From the NCBI GenBank assembly GCA_036677365.1, contig JAVBWN010000019.1, positions 1-35,983 of the forward strand: DNA of 35,983 nucleotides, written 5' to 3'. The stretch is from Acholeplasma sp. (GTDB lineage Bacteria > Bacillota_I > Bacilli_A > Acholeplasmatales > UBA5453). Shown here piece after piece: positions 35,741 to 35,983 of the stretch. Each line of letters begins with the position of its first letter. Positions within the stretch are counted from its first letter, which is position 1. The notes beneath the pieces are model-generated. The model made no database searches and was not told the origin of the DNA. It saw nothing but the letters and a program-made list of their open reading frames with translations. Both the position numbers and the translations under genes were made by a program.

Positions 35741-35983
35741 ATGCCTTATAAAGCCCTAATAACAAGACTCTATTTGAATCCAAATCAACACCAGTTTCTA
35801 TTATCATTAATGCGTGCTTCAAGAAGTCTTTATAATCAAGCCCTTTATAATGTAAGACAACATTTTATCAAAACCAATGGCTACTTATCCTATAACGAAA
35901 ACTATCAACTACTCAAAGACAGTGAACACTATCGTTATTTAAGTACTACTCAAGGTCAAATGGTCATTCGTAAGGTTGATGAA
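35741..35983 (+). CDS. tnpB: RNA-guided endonuclease TnpB family protein (N-terminal 81 codons, partial; missing from the ORF track)
   Basis: AGGAGG RBS and TG-g-TATAAT (35706-35714). MPYKALITRLYLNPNQHQFLLSLMRASRSLYNQALYNVRQHFIKTNGYLSYNENYQLLKDSEHYRYLSTTQGQMVIRKVDE... matches the LYNQALY..RQ..F....YL.Y...Y..LK....Y..L.....Q.....VD N-terminus of TnpB. Confidence 0.85.
   Translation, partial: MPYKALITRLYLNPNQHQFLLSLMRASRSLYNQALYNVRQHFIKTNGYLSYNENYQLLKDSEHYRYLSTTQGQMVIRKVDE

Larger units (their letters stand above)
35611..35983 (+). mobile_element. IS200/IS605-superfamily element, tnpB-only (IS1341-like), truncated by the window end
   Basis: tnpB 5' end preceded by a hairpin and promoter, with no tnpA upstream. 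The left boundary is approximate. Confidence 0.65.

Noticed and set aside
1..35983. CRISPR array, prophage or intact defence island
   Set aside because: No regularly spaced direct repeats, cas genes or phage genes were seen; repeats are limited to terminators, Ig-like domains and the RnfG duplication.

Overview
Low-GC, compact chromosomal window, almost entirely minus-strand. It uses the standard genetic code (TGA is a stop). Gene content and style best fit an Acholeplasmatales-type mollicute (inference). Along the minus strand, right to left: a decayed toxin-antitoxin remnant; fhs-folD-purB; flavodoxin; a guanine riboswitch with an NCS2/AzgA purine permease; ppa-yebC; an orphan pyrR; glyA run directly into an atypical Rnf operon (rnfC-D-G1-G2-E-A, a small Cys-rich membrane protein, a minimal rnfB); apbE, NusG-II and Gx transporter genes; a large Ig-repeat nuclease lipoprotein; rpmE; an isoprenoid cluster; tdk-tadA-SRP RNA; a membrane protein and tkt; mnmG-rsmG-parA-parB-DUF951; tRNA-Tyr between two rRNA promoters; and the rRNA leader. 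The 16S gene probably starts at or just beyond position 1. The 5' part of a tnpA-less tnpB element (+ strand) is at the right edge. The most striking candidate system is the isoprenoid cluster: CrtN-like and membrane-anchored CrtM-like genes in one operon with VTE5-family and VTE6/DUF92-family kinases, opposite a tocopherol-cyclase-family gene with a perfect 18-bp palindrome between them. This suggests a prenol-salvage route into carotenoids. The second candidate is the Rnf variant with duplicated two-domain RnfG subunits and a ferredoxin-less RnfB. All family assignments come from recalled motifs, not database searches.
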